Positions 1-7,816 of a stretch of 29,305 nt of DNA are shown here, in pieces. How positions within the stretch are numbered: position 1 is the stretch's first letter; every line of letters starts with the position of its first letter. Both the position numbers and the translations under genes were made by a program. Under the pieces are notes generated by a model, which saw nothing but the letters and a program-made list of their open reading frames with translations, had not been told where the DNA came from and searched no databases. Source of the stretch: Tubiluchus corallicola (Eukaryota > Animalia > Priapulida); contig JAQGDQ010002460.1 of assembly GCA_030141605.1 (NCBI GenBank), forward strand, positions 1 to 29,305, given 5' to 3'.

Positions 1-32
1 TAGTAGAAGAAATAGAAAACATAATTAGTTAA
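1..32 (+). CDS. 3' end of an upstream gene (partial, ...VEEIENIIS*)
   Basis: Open frame 3-32 ends in TAA and is followed immediately by a terminator hairpin. Too short to identify. Confidence 0.5.
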   Translation, partial: VEEIENIIS

Positions 33-38
33 TATATT

Positions 39-74
39 AAGAAAGCTGCTTTATTTTAAGTAGCTTTCTTTTTT
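39..74 (+). terminator. Intrinsic terminator
   Basis: AAGAAAGCTGCTT / AAGTAGCTTTCTT stem (one G-U pair) followed by a T run. Confidence 0.8.
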
Positions 75-148
75 ATTAATATACAATAAACATAAATTTT
101 AATTTTGGAAAAAATATAATAAATTTTATATAAAAACATCAATGTTTA

Positions 149-157
149 TGCTACAAT
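149..157 (+). promoter_or_regulatory. Possible extended -10 promoter
   Basis: TGcTACAAT about 85 nt upstream of the ATG at 244; no clear -35. Confidence 0.4.
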
Positions 158-243
158 ACTAAGTAGTTTTAAACATATACTTAATAGTAAAAACTGTATT
201 GTTTCTAAAATTATATTAATAATTTATCTAGGAGGCTAATCTT

Positions 244-2055
244 ATGAAAAAATTAATAGTACTTTTACTTGTAATAACACTTTTTTCTTGTAATTCAGTA
301 GCTAATGAAAAAGACTCTTCTAATGATTTAGTTATAATAACAGAAGCACAAAGTGAAGTAGATGAAGTGACAATATCTATTGCAGCCACAGGTGATATAC
401 ATGGTAGGATATTTCCTCATGATTATGCAACTGACTCAGAAGATTCAGATGCTGGTTTTGCTAAAATATCAACATTAGTTAATGAAGAAAGAGAAAAAAA
501 TCCACATTTTTTATTAATTGACTTAGGAGATACAGTACAAGATAATAGTGCAGAGCTTTTTAATGAATTACCAGTGCACCCGATTATTGATGTAATGAAT
601 ACAATTGGATTTGATGTTTGGACTATTGGAAATCATGAGTTCAATTTTGAAAAAGAATTTTTAGAAAAAAATATAAAGACGTTTAATGGAGTTTCTATTT
701 CAGCAAATACTATAAACAATGATGATAAATCATATTTTGTAGATCCTTATAAAATATTTTCAATAAATGGTGTAAAAGTAGCAGTAGTTGGAGCGTTACC
801 ACCTCATATTCCAATTTGGGAAGCTTCTACTCCAAGTCATTTTGAAGGGTTAGAATTTGAAGACATCATATCTGCAACTGAAAAAGTATTAAATGATCTA
901 GAAGGAAAATATGATGTATTAGTTGGAGCATATCATGTAAGTAGAGAAGACGAAAGAAATGGTGCAGGGATATACCAACTTGCAGATGCTTTTCCTCAGT
1001 TTGATGTGATTTTTGGAGGACATGAACATTCAAGATATATTGAAGAAAGAAATGGTGTTCCAATAATAGAACCAGGTGGGTATGGATGGGCTCTAGCTAT
1101 GTCGAATATAAAATTAAAAAAAGAAAATAATGAATGGACAGTAAAAGATATAAAATTAGAAAATATTGAAACAAGAGAAGTAAAAGCAGACCCTAAAATA
1201 ATAGAGAAGTATAAATATGTTCATGATGCCTCAATAAAAGATGCCAATAAAATAATTGGAAATATAACTGATGACTTTTTAAATGGTGTAGACTATATAA
1301 CTAAAAAAGATGAAGTAACAACTATGCCTACAGCTCAACTAGAAGACACTGCTCTTATTGATTTAATAAATATTGTTCAATTAAAATATAGCAATGCTGA
1401 TATTTCTGCAGCGGCACTATTTAACTCTGGATCAAATTTAAAAAAAGGAGATTTTAAAAAGAAAGATGTAGCATATATTTATAAATACCCAAATACACTT
1501 GTAGGAGTGAATATAACAGGAAAAAATTTAATAGAATATATGGAATGGTCAGCAGGATACTATAATACTTGGGTAGATGGAGATGTGACAATTTCATTTA
1601 ATCCAGATGTTAGAGGTTATAATTATGACATGTTTGAAGGAATAGAATATGAAATAGACTTATCTAAAGACCCAGGAAATAGGATTATAAACCTTAGCAT
1701 AGACGAAGAGCCAATAAAAGAAGATAAATTGTATAAATTAGCTGTAAATAACTATAGATTTGGAACGCTGTTAAACCTAGGACTTATTAGTGAAAGTGAT
1801 AAATATTATGATTCATATGATGAGTTACAAGATGGAGGAAGGATAAGAGATTTAATAGTTGATTATGTTAAAAATGATAAATCAGGAGTACTAAGCCCAG
1901 ATGTTAATAATAACTGGGAGCTAGTTGGGATTGATTTAGATCATCAGAAAAAAAATGAAATATATGAAAAAATAATAAATGGAAGTATAACCATACCAAA
2001 ATCTTCAGATGGAAGAACTTTAAATGTAAATTCAATTAATGCAAATGATTATTAA
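244..2055 (+). CDS. Bifunctional metallophosphoesterase / 5'-nucleotidase (CpdB/UshA-like) lipoprotein
   Basis: Lipobox LFSC. Calcineurin-like motifs TGDIHG, DLGD, GNHEF, GGHEH. C-terminal 5'-nucleotidase domain (YKYPNTL, LAVNNYR). SD AGGAGG. Confidence 0.85.
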   Translation: MKKLIVLLLVITLFSCNSVANEKDSSNDLVIITEAQSEVDEVTISIAATGDIHGRIFPHDYATDSEDSDAGFAKISTLVNEEREKNPHFLLIDLGDTVQDNSAELFNELPVHPIIDVMNTIGFDVWTIGNHEFNFEKEFLEKNIKTFNGVSISANTINNDDKSYFVDPYKIFSINGVKVAVVGALPPHIPIWEASTPSHFEGLEFEDIISATEKVLNDLEGKYDVLVGAYHVSREDERNGAGIYQLADAFPQFDVIFGGHEHSRYIEERNGVPIIEPGGYGWALAMSNIKLKKENNEWTVKDIKLENIETREVKADPKIIEKYKYVHDASIKDANKIIGNITDDFLNGVDYITKKDEVTTMPTAQLEDTALIDLINIVQLKYSNADISAAALFNSGSNLKKGDFKKKDVAYIYKYPNTLVGVNITGKNLIEYMEWSAGYYNTWVDGDVTISFNPDVRGYNYDMFEGIEYEIDLSKDPGNRIINLSIDEEPIKEDKLYKLAVNNYRFGTLLNLGLISESDKYYDSYDELQDGGRIRDLIVDYVKNDKSGVLSPDVNNNWELVGIDLDHQKKNEIYEKIINGSITIPKSSDGRTLNVNSINANDY

Positions 2056-2083
2056 AATGAAAGTTTTGTTTTATAAAATAACC

Positions 2084-2112
2084 TTGAAATAAATACCCTT
2101 ATATGGTAGAAT
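2084..2112 (+). promoter_or_regulatory. Sigma70-type promoter of rpmE
   Basis: TTGAAA-17 nt-TAGAAT with extended TG. Confidence 0.7.
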
Positions 2113-2153
2113 AAGTATGGTTAATAGAAGATATTAGGAGAGGTGAAATATTA

Positions 2154-2366
2154 ATGAGAAAAGGAATACATCCAAAATTTCAAGAAATAAATGTAGAGTG
2201 CTCTTGTGGAGAAAAATTTGTAACTAGATCTACTTATGCTAAAGATGAAACTTTAAAAATAGCAGTATGTTCTAAATGTCATCCTTTATATACAGGAAAA
2301 GCTAGATTTCATGATGCTACAGGAAGAGTTGAAAAATTTAATAAGAAATATGGAATAAAAAAATAA
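2154..2366 (+). CDS. rpmE: 50S ribosomal protein L31 (Zn-binding type, CxC...CxxC)
   Basis: MRKGIHPK, CSCG, CSKCHPLYTG and GRVEKFNKKYG motifs; SD AGGAGAGG. Confidence 0.97.
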   Translation: MRKGIHPKFQEINVECSCGEKFVTRSTYAKDETLKIAVCSKCHPLYTGKARFHDATGRVEKFNKKYGIKK

Positions 2367-2393
2367 AATAGAGATAATATCTCTATTTTTTTT
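2365..2393 (+). terminator. Intrinsic terminator after rpmE
   Basis: ATAGAGAT-aat-ATCTCTAT hairpin followed by a T run. Confidence 0.7.
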
Positions 2394-2443
2394 AATATAT
2401 TTAAAAATTAAAGTATAATAAATTAAACAAGGAGATGATTGTA

Positions 2444-3061
2444 ATGGCTGTTGTAGAATTAAACCACCCTCTGATACAGCATAAGTTAACTCATTTAAGA
2501 AATAAATATACTGATACAAAATTATTTAGAGAGGCGTTAAATGAAATATCAGGCCTTATGATATATGAAGCAACAAAGAATTTGAAATTAGAGAAGATAA
2601 CTATTGAAACTCCAATTATGAAAACAAAATCTTACAAGTTATCTGATGAATCAGTTTCTATTGTACCTATATTAAGAGCAGGACTTGGAATGATTGATGG
2701 AGTAATAAAATTTTTGCCATCAGCAAAAATAGGACACCTAGGTGTATATAGAAATGAAGAAACCTTACAACCAGTATATTATTATTGTAAACTACCAATA
2801 AATATTGCTAATAGTAAAGTTATTCTACTTGACCCCATGCTAGCAACTGGAGGATCTGCAATATATGCTGTAGATAAGAAAAAGAAGGTAAAAGATATAG
2901 TTTTTCTTTCAATTATCTCTGCGCCAGAAGGAGTAAAAAGGCTTGAAGCTCACCAAGATGTAGATATTTATACAGCAAAAATAGACCAAGGATTAAATGA
3001 AAAATCTTATATCTATCCTGGTTTAGGAGACGCAGGAGATAGAATATTTGGTACAAAATAA
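2444..3061 (+). CDS. upp: Uracil phosphoribosyltransferase
   Basis: [26 protein letters not shown] and [17 protein letters not shown] motifs. Start moved to ATG 2444 because the SD GGAG (2431-2434) directly abuts ATG 2435. Confidence 0.95.
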   Translation: MAVVELNHPLIQHKLTHLRNKYTDTKLFREALNEISGLMIYEATKNLKLEKITIETPIMKTKSYKLSDESVSIVPILRAGLGMIDGVIKFLPSAKIGHLGVYRNEETLQPVYYYCKLPINIANSKVILLDPMLATGGSAIYAVDKKKKVKDIVFLSIISAPEGVKRLEAHQDVDIYTAKIDQGLNEKSYIYPGLGDAGDRIFGTK

Positions 3062-3649
3062 TAGATTAAATTGATGAGTAGATTTATGTGTGCTTAACTT
3101 ACTTAATGACTAAGTAAATACTAATTTAAATATTATATATTAAAAGCATAATAATAAATAGAGGCTTGAGTTACTTATGGAAAACAATACAGTAAGCTTG
3201 GATAAAACGGAATAAATTTCATCATAAAAAGAATAATTTTAGCATTTAAAAAGTACTTATAATATGATATTAATTTAAAATTAATAAATTTTTATTAGAA
3301 AAAATTACACTTAGTGTGTAGACTAAAATATCAATTATATATTTAAAATTATATGGTGCAATTTGAGCAGTTTTTTGTTGTATGCAGTTAGTCTTAAATT
3401 AGAAAAAGACTATTTATATATGCATTGCAATATTAGGAGTATTATTTAATTTTTTTATTATTTCAAAAAATTTATTCGATTTTATATAATAATATATTTA
3501 TTGATGAGAAAAGAATATTTCTTAAATATTTATTTCGTTACGACCATTTTATTTCATATTGTTATAGATATTCTAAAAGAGGAAGATATAGTAAAAAAAT
3601 GTGTGAATAAATTTATTATATATCTTTTATGATGTTTATAACTTTTACA

Positions 3650-3700
3650 AAGTTATTATGATTATACATACTTTTTATGAGAGCATTTTGGTCTTTTTTT
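3650..3700 (+). repeat. Degenerate copy of the 51-bp segment at 13691-13741 (includes a broken terminator)
   Basis: Ungapped alignment gives 41/51 identity, and 28/31 over the 3' part. Confidence 0.65.
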
Positions 3701-4051
3701 ATTTTAGATATCCTATAATTTAAGCACATGGCTTCTAGGTTCATTTTACGATACATATGTTTTTTTATATTTCAAAGCAAACTTTTTATTATATTAAAAT
3801 CTTACAACAACCCAGTATTTGTTTATATAGCCTTTATTTATTAATAATATACTTACAATATTTTACTTAATTCTTACTTTGTTTTTGGATTTGATAGATT
3901 ATGATAAATTTAAAATAACAATATTTTTATAGTAACTAGAGACATTCAACTAATAAAAAAATCACTATTTTAAAGCTATTAAAAGATGTAATAGCATCGA
4001 ATACAAATAAAATTTCACTTCATACCTTATTCTTTATATAAATTTATTAAT

Positions 4052-5320
4052 TTAAATAAAAGGGATAATAGAATTTATTTTTACAGATATTTCCTTAAAC
4101 TGATTTTTTATATTAGATAACTGCACATGTGACATATTGCTTGTTAAAACTACTACTTCTATTTTGCTTCTCTTTTCATCTTTTTGAATTATTTTTTCTA
4201 TGTTAACATAATTTTCTTTCATTATTTTTGCTATTGAGTAGAATACTCCAACTTCATTTTCTACTGTTAATCTAAAGTACAAATTACTTTTGTAATGCTC
4301 AAATTGATTTTTTAAAAGAATATTTTTAGCTGAATAATTAAGATCTTTTTTTCCTTCTAATATATTAATTAAATCATCATACATTGCGTTTGCAGTTGGA
4401 TTAGCTCCAGCTCCTTGCCCGTAAAATGCAAATTCTCCACTAGTTTTTCCTTCAACAACAATTATATTATAATTATTAAAAGTATTTGCCACGATATGGT
4501 CTACTTTTATAAGGCATGGCCCTATCATATATTCATATTTGTCATTACTTATTTTTTTTATAATAGCAATTGGTTTTATATAATATCCAAACTCTTTTGC
4601 ATACTTCATATCCTTTATATTAACTTTTGAATATGACTCAGACATTAAAAAGCTAGGGTCTATTATTTTGTTCATTCCAAACTTTGAAAGTATCGTTAAT
4701 TTATAAAGGGCATCAAATCCATCAATATCATCAGTAGGATCATTTTCTACATAGCCCATATTTTTTGCATCCTTAAGGGCTGCACAAAATTCTTTATTTT
4801 CTTCAAACATTTTTGTATAGATATAATTAGAAGTGGCATTAAATATGCCAAATATTTTAACTAAATCATCACCTTTAAAGGTATCATATAAGACTTTAGC
4901 TATAGGTATTCCACCTCCAACAGAAGCGTCATATTTAATGACTTTATTTTGTTCCTTTGCTAACTCTAAAATGTTTTTTAAGTTTTTTGCTAGTGCTTTT
5001 TTACTAGACATGATTATATCTTTTTTATTTTTTAATGCTTTTTGCACGTATTCATTTGTTTCTGCAAAAGCTTTTCCCCCCATACATTCACAAATAATAC
5101 TGATTTCTTTGTTTTCAATTATTTTATCTATATCTGAAGTTAATGGTAACCCCCTTATATTAATACGCCTCTTTTTTTTTAGGTCTCTAACATAAATTCC
5201 TTCAATAATTAGATTAATATCTAATTTAGATAAAATGTTCTCTTTATTTTTAACAATATAGCTAACAAGTTGACTTCCAATTACTCCCATACCTAATATG
5301 CCTATTTTTATAGTTTTCAC
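4052..5320 (-). CDS. hom: Homoserine dehydrogenase family protein with C-terminal ACT domain
   Basis: GILGMGVIG Rossmann motif, ASVGGGIP, ENDPTDDIDGFDALYK, GQGAG. GTG start with SD AAGGAG. Confidence 0.85.
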   Translation of the reverse strand: MKTIKIGILGMGVIGSQLVSYIVKNKENILSKLDINLIIEGIYVRDLKKKRRINIRGLPLTSDIDKIIENKEISIICECMGGKAFAETNEYVQKALKNKKDIIMSSKKALAKNLKNILELAKEQNKVIKYDASVGGGIPIAKVLYDTFKGDDLVKIFGIFNATSNYIYTKMFEENKEFCAALKDAKNMGYVENDPTDDIDGFDALYKLTILSKFGMNKIIDPSFLMSESYSKVNIKDMKYAKEFGYYIKPIAIIKKISNDKYEYMIGPCLIKVDHIVANTFNNYNIIVVEGKTSGEFAFYGQGAGANPTANAMYDDLINILEGKKDLNYSAKNILLKNQFEHYKSNLYFRLTVENEVGVFYSIAKIMKENYVNIEKIIQKDEKRSKIEVVVLTSNMSHVQLSNIKNQFKEISVKINSIIPFI

Positions 5321-5466
5321 AATAAAGCTCTCCTTTATTTATGCATAATAATTAAATATATCATAACTTAATATCATGTTTCTAACATTACTCAAGAAGA
5401 AATAATTTTATAAAAATAAATAAAAAATAAAAATTTAGAAATAATAAGTTAACTTTAGGTTAATAT

Positions 5467-5498
5467 AAAAAAAAGAGAAACAAAAGCTTCTCTTTTTT
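5467..5498 (-). terminator. Intrinsic terminator after oppA (possibly bidirectional)
   Basis: AAAAAAGAGAA / TTCTCTTTTTT inverted repeat immediately after the oppA stop. Confidence 0.7.
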
Positions 5499-5501
5499 AA
5501 G

Positions 5502-7208
5502 TTACTTAATATCAGTTTTTCCAAAATAATATCCGCCTAATATTGAATAATCTACATCTATTATTGTGTCTCTTATCATTGATACATGAGTATAATAATA
5601 AAGAGGAAGTATTATCATTTGATCTGCTAGGATTTTCTCTGCTTCAAGTAAAAAAGTATCTCTTTCAGCTCCAGAAGACAGTCTTGCTTTTTCTATTACT
5701 TTATCATATTCTTCACTTTTCCATCCAGAATTATTATTCTTATTTGTAGAAAGAAATAGATCTAAAAATGTCATTGGATCAGGGTAATCTCCTATCCAAC
5801 CTGCTCTAGCTATATCAAATGTGCCTTGGTGTCTAGTTTCTTGAAACACAGCCCACTCTTGGTTAGTTAGCTTTACATTTATTCCAAGATTAGTTTTCCA
5901 CATTTCTTGAATTGCCTCAGCTACAGCTTTATGACTCTCGCTAGTGTTATAAACAAGTGATAGTTCAGGAAAACCTTCTCCATTAGGGAATCCAGCTTTT
6001 TCAAGTAAGGACTTTGCTTCATCTGCTTTACTTAAGTCTTCAGGTATTCCATAGTCTCCAGCTTTTTCTCTAAATTCCCCTCCAGTTGAATCCTTTAAAC
6101 CAGAAGGAACAAATCCGCTAGCTGGTGATTGGCCTAATTTTGTTACTCTCTCAACAATAGCTGTTCTATCTACTGAATAAGTTAATGCTTTTCTTACATC
6201 AATGTTTGATAAAGGTTCTACTGCATTATTAAAATAATAATAGTATACTCCTAATTGAGGTAATATTTTTAAATCAGGATCCTCTGCCATTAATCTAGGT
6301 ATTTCTTGAGCAGGTAGCCTAGCATCGGTTATATCTATTTCATTATTTTGGTATGCAGTAAGAGATGCGTTATCATCTACGATCATGTACATTTCTACTC
6401 TATCAAGTTTTACATCACTAGCGTTCCAATAGTTTTCGTTTTTTTCTACTACGATTCTTTCTCCTGACTTATATTCAACCAATTTAAAAGGTCCATTTGA
6501 TATAACTGTTTTTGGATCTCTTGCCCAATTTTCTCCTGTTTCTACAGCATCTTTCCTAACGGGAAAATAAGGAGTAGTAGTTACTAAAGTATGAAAATAT
6601 GCAGTAGGGCTTTCAAGAGTTACTTCTAATGTCTTATCATCAATAGCTTTTAATCCTACATCATCAAGGTTTCCACCTTTAAAAGCTTCTTCTGCCCCTT
6701 TAATATATTCCATTTGAAAGGCATACTCTGCAGCGTTAATAGGGTCCATGGCTCTTTTCCATGAGTATATAAAATCCTCTGCTGTAACTTCCTTTCCATC
6801 TGTCCACTTTGCATCTCTTAATTTAAAGGTGTATACTAGTCCATCTTCAGATATTTCATAAGACTCAGCTATTCCTGGGATATACTCTCCATTACTTTCT
6901 CTTAATAAGCCTTCATAAATATTTTTAACAACTGTGCTTCCATCAACAGCTGAATTAAGTTGAGGATCTATAGTTTTAGGGTCTGATGATATATTATATC
7001 TTATTACCTTATCCTCTTTACTCATTTCTTCATCCTCTTTACTCATTTCTTCCTTATTCATTTCACCTTTAGACATCTCTTCTTCTTTTAACATTTCTTC
7101 TTTAGGTGCTTCTGTTGTAGCCTCATCTTTTTTAGCATTTTCTTCATTGGAATTATTACAAGAAATTAGTAATATTAAAATTACTATTGATAGTAATAAC
7201 TTCTTCAT
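5502..7208 (-). CDS. oppA: Oligopeptide ABC transporter substrate-binding lipoprotein (OppA family)
   Basis: Lipobox LISC; SBP family 5 motifs YTFKLRDAKWTDG, SNGPFKL, RAGWIGDYPDP. Confidence 0.88.
   Translation of the reverse strand: MKKLLLSIVILILLISCNNSNEENAKKDEATTEAPKEEMLKEEEMSKGEMNKEEMSKEDEEMSKEDKVIRYNISSDPKTIDPQLNSAVDGSTVVKNIYEGLLRESNGEYIPGIAESYEISEDGLVYTFKLRDAKWTDGKEVTAEDFIYSWKRAMDPINAAEYAFQMEYIKGAEEAFKGGNLDDVGLKAIDDKTLEVTLESPTAYFHTLVTTTPYFPVRKDAVETGENWARDPKTVISNGPFKLVEYKSGERIVVEKNENYWNASDVKLDRVEMYMIVDDNASLTAYQNNEIDITDARLPAQEIPRLMAEDPDLKILPQLGVYYYYFNNAVEPLSNIDVRKALTYSVDRTAIVERVTKLGQSPASGFVPSGLKDSTGGEFREKAGDYGIPEDLSKADEAKSLLEKAGFPNGEGFPELSLVYNTSESHKAVAEAIQEMWKTNLGINVKLTNQEWAVFQETRHQGTFDIARAGWIGDYPDPMTFLDLFLSTNKNNNSGWKSEEYDKVIEKARLSSGAERDTFLLEAEKILADQMIILPLYYYTHVSMIRDTIIDVDYSILGGYYFGKTDIK
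7008..7100 (-). repeat. Five EMxK peptide repeats in the OppA N-terminal linker
   Basis: EEMLK-EEEMSK-GEMNK-EEMSK-EDEEMSK-EDK, including an exact 21-bp tandem duplication at 7011-7031 / 7032-7052. Confidence 0.9.
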
Positions 7209-7287
7209 AAAATTTCTCCTTTCATTATTGTTTGCGATTATTTGTGTGTAAACTAGTCTAAACCCATTTTAATGACTTATAGTAACA

Positions 7288-7316
7288 ATGTTACCATAAT
7301 TTGCAAAGCGAGTCAA
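7288..7316 (-). promoter_or_regulatory. Sigma70-type promoter of oppA
   Basis: Minus strand TTGACT-17 nt-TAACAT with extended TG. Confidence 0.55.
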
Positions 7317-7576
7317 TATACAATGATTACTGTAAAATAAAAAATTATAAAATTTATAAAAGTTTATCAAGTGTAATGTGATATATATTGATAATACTTT
7401 TATGGTTTACATTATTTAAATTCATGTAATGTTAACTTATGTTATAGCTTTTATTATATACGCCTAATAACTATATTAATAACTTTATTATATAAGTATA
7501 AATTTAAAAAATGATATTTTTATAACATTTAATGAAAAGGACTAGTAAAAACTTTGTATTTATAAAGTTTAAAGTT

Positions 7577-7605
7577 TTGATTTTTAACTATATGTATGAT
7601 ATACT
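7577..7605 (+). promoter_or_regulatory. Sigma70-type promoter of glmS
   Basis: TTGATT-17 nt-TATACT with extended TG; predicted transcription start near 7612. Confidence 0.65.
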
Positions 7606-7635
7606 TACCTTTAAGGTTAGAAAAAGTTAATGAAA

Positions 7636-7778
7636 ATTAATAGCGCCAGGGCTTACTATTAAGTTGACGAGGACTAGAGAATATCGAATATCGGCGGATG
7701 CTCTAGAGGTTGCCACATCTTAATAAACTAACAAAAATTATAAGTGATTGTAATTACAAAAATGTTTTAGTGGCTAAC
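7636..7778 (+). ncRNA. glmS glucosamine-6-phosphate-activated ribozyme
   Basis: Core AGCGCC...GACGAGG...ATCGAA..TCGGCGGATG. P2 CTAGAG/CTCTAG, P3.1 GCCAC/GTGGC, P4.1 ATTATAA-GTGA-TTGTAAT. Lies directly upstream of glmS. Confidence 0.95.
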
Positions 7779-7816
7779 TTTTTCTAAAAATAAATATTTT
7801 TAGGAGGTTATTATTA

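Noticed and set aside
3305-3326. TTACAC...GTGTGTAGACTA resembling an IS256-type end, with a similar word at 7244-7255
   Set aside because: Too short, with no partner end or transposase remnant.
3089-3728. TGTGCTTAA / TTAAGCACA as terminal inverted repeats of a MITE
   Set aside because: A 9-13 nt match is expected by chance in very AT-rich DNA, and I saw no target-site duplication.
3965-4018. Minus-strand 17-aa peptide (GTG start) MKFYLYSMLLHLLIALK resembling a TonB anchor
   Set aside because: It stops at once, and no TonB-like continuation exists in the other frames.
7301-7316. cre-like site TTGCAAAGCGAGTCAA
   Set aside because: The spacing does not fit the CcpA consensus, and the sequence is explained by the -35 box.
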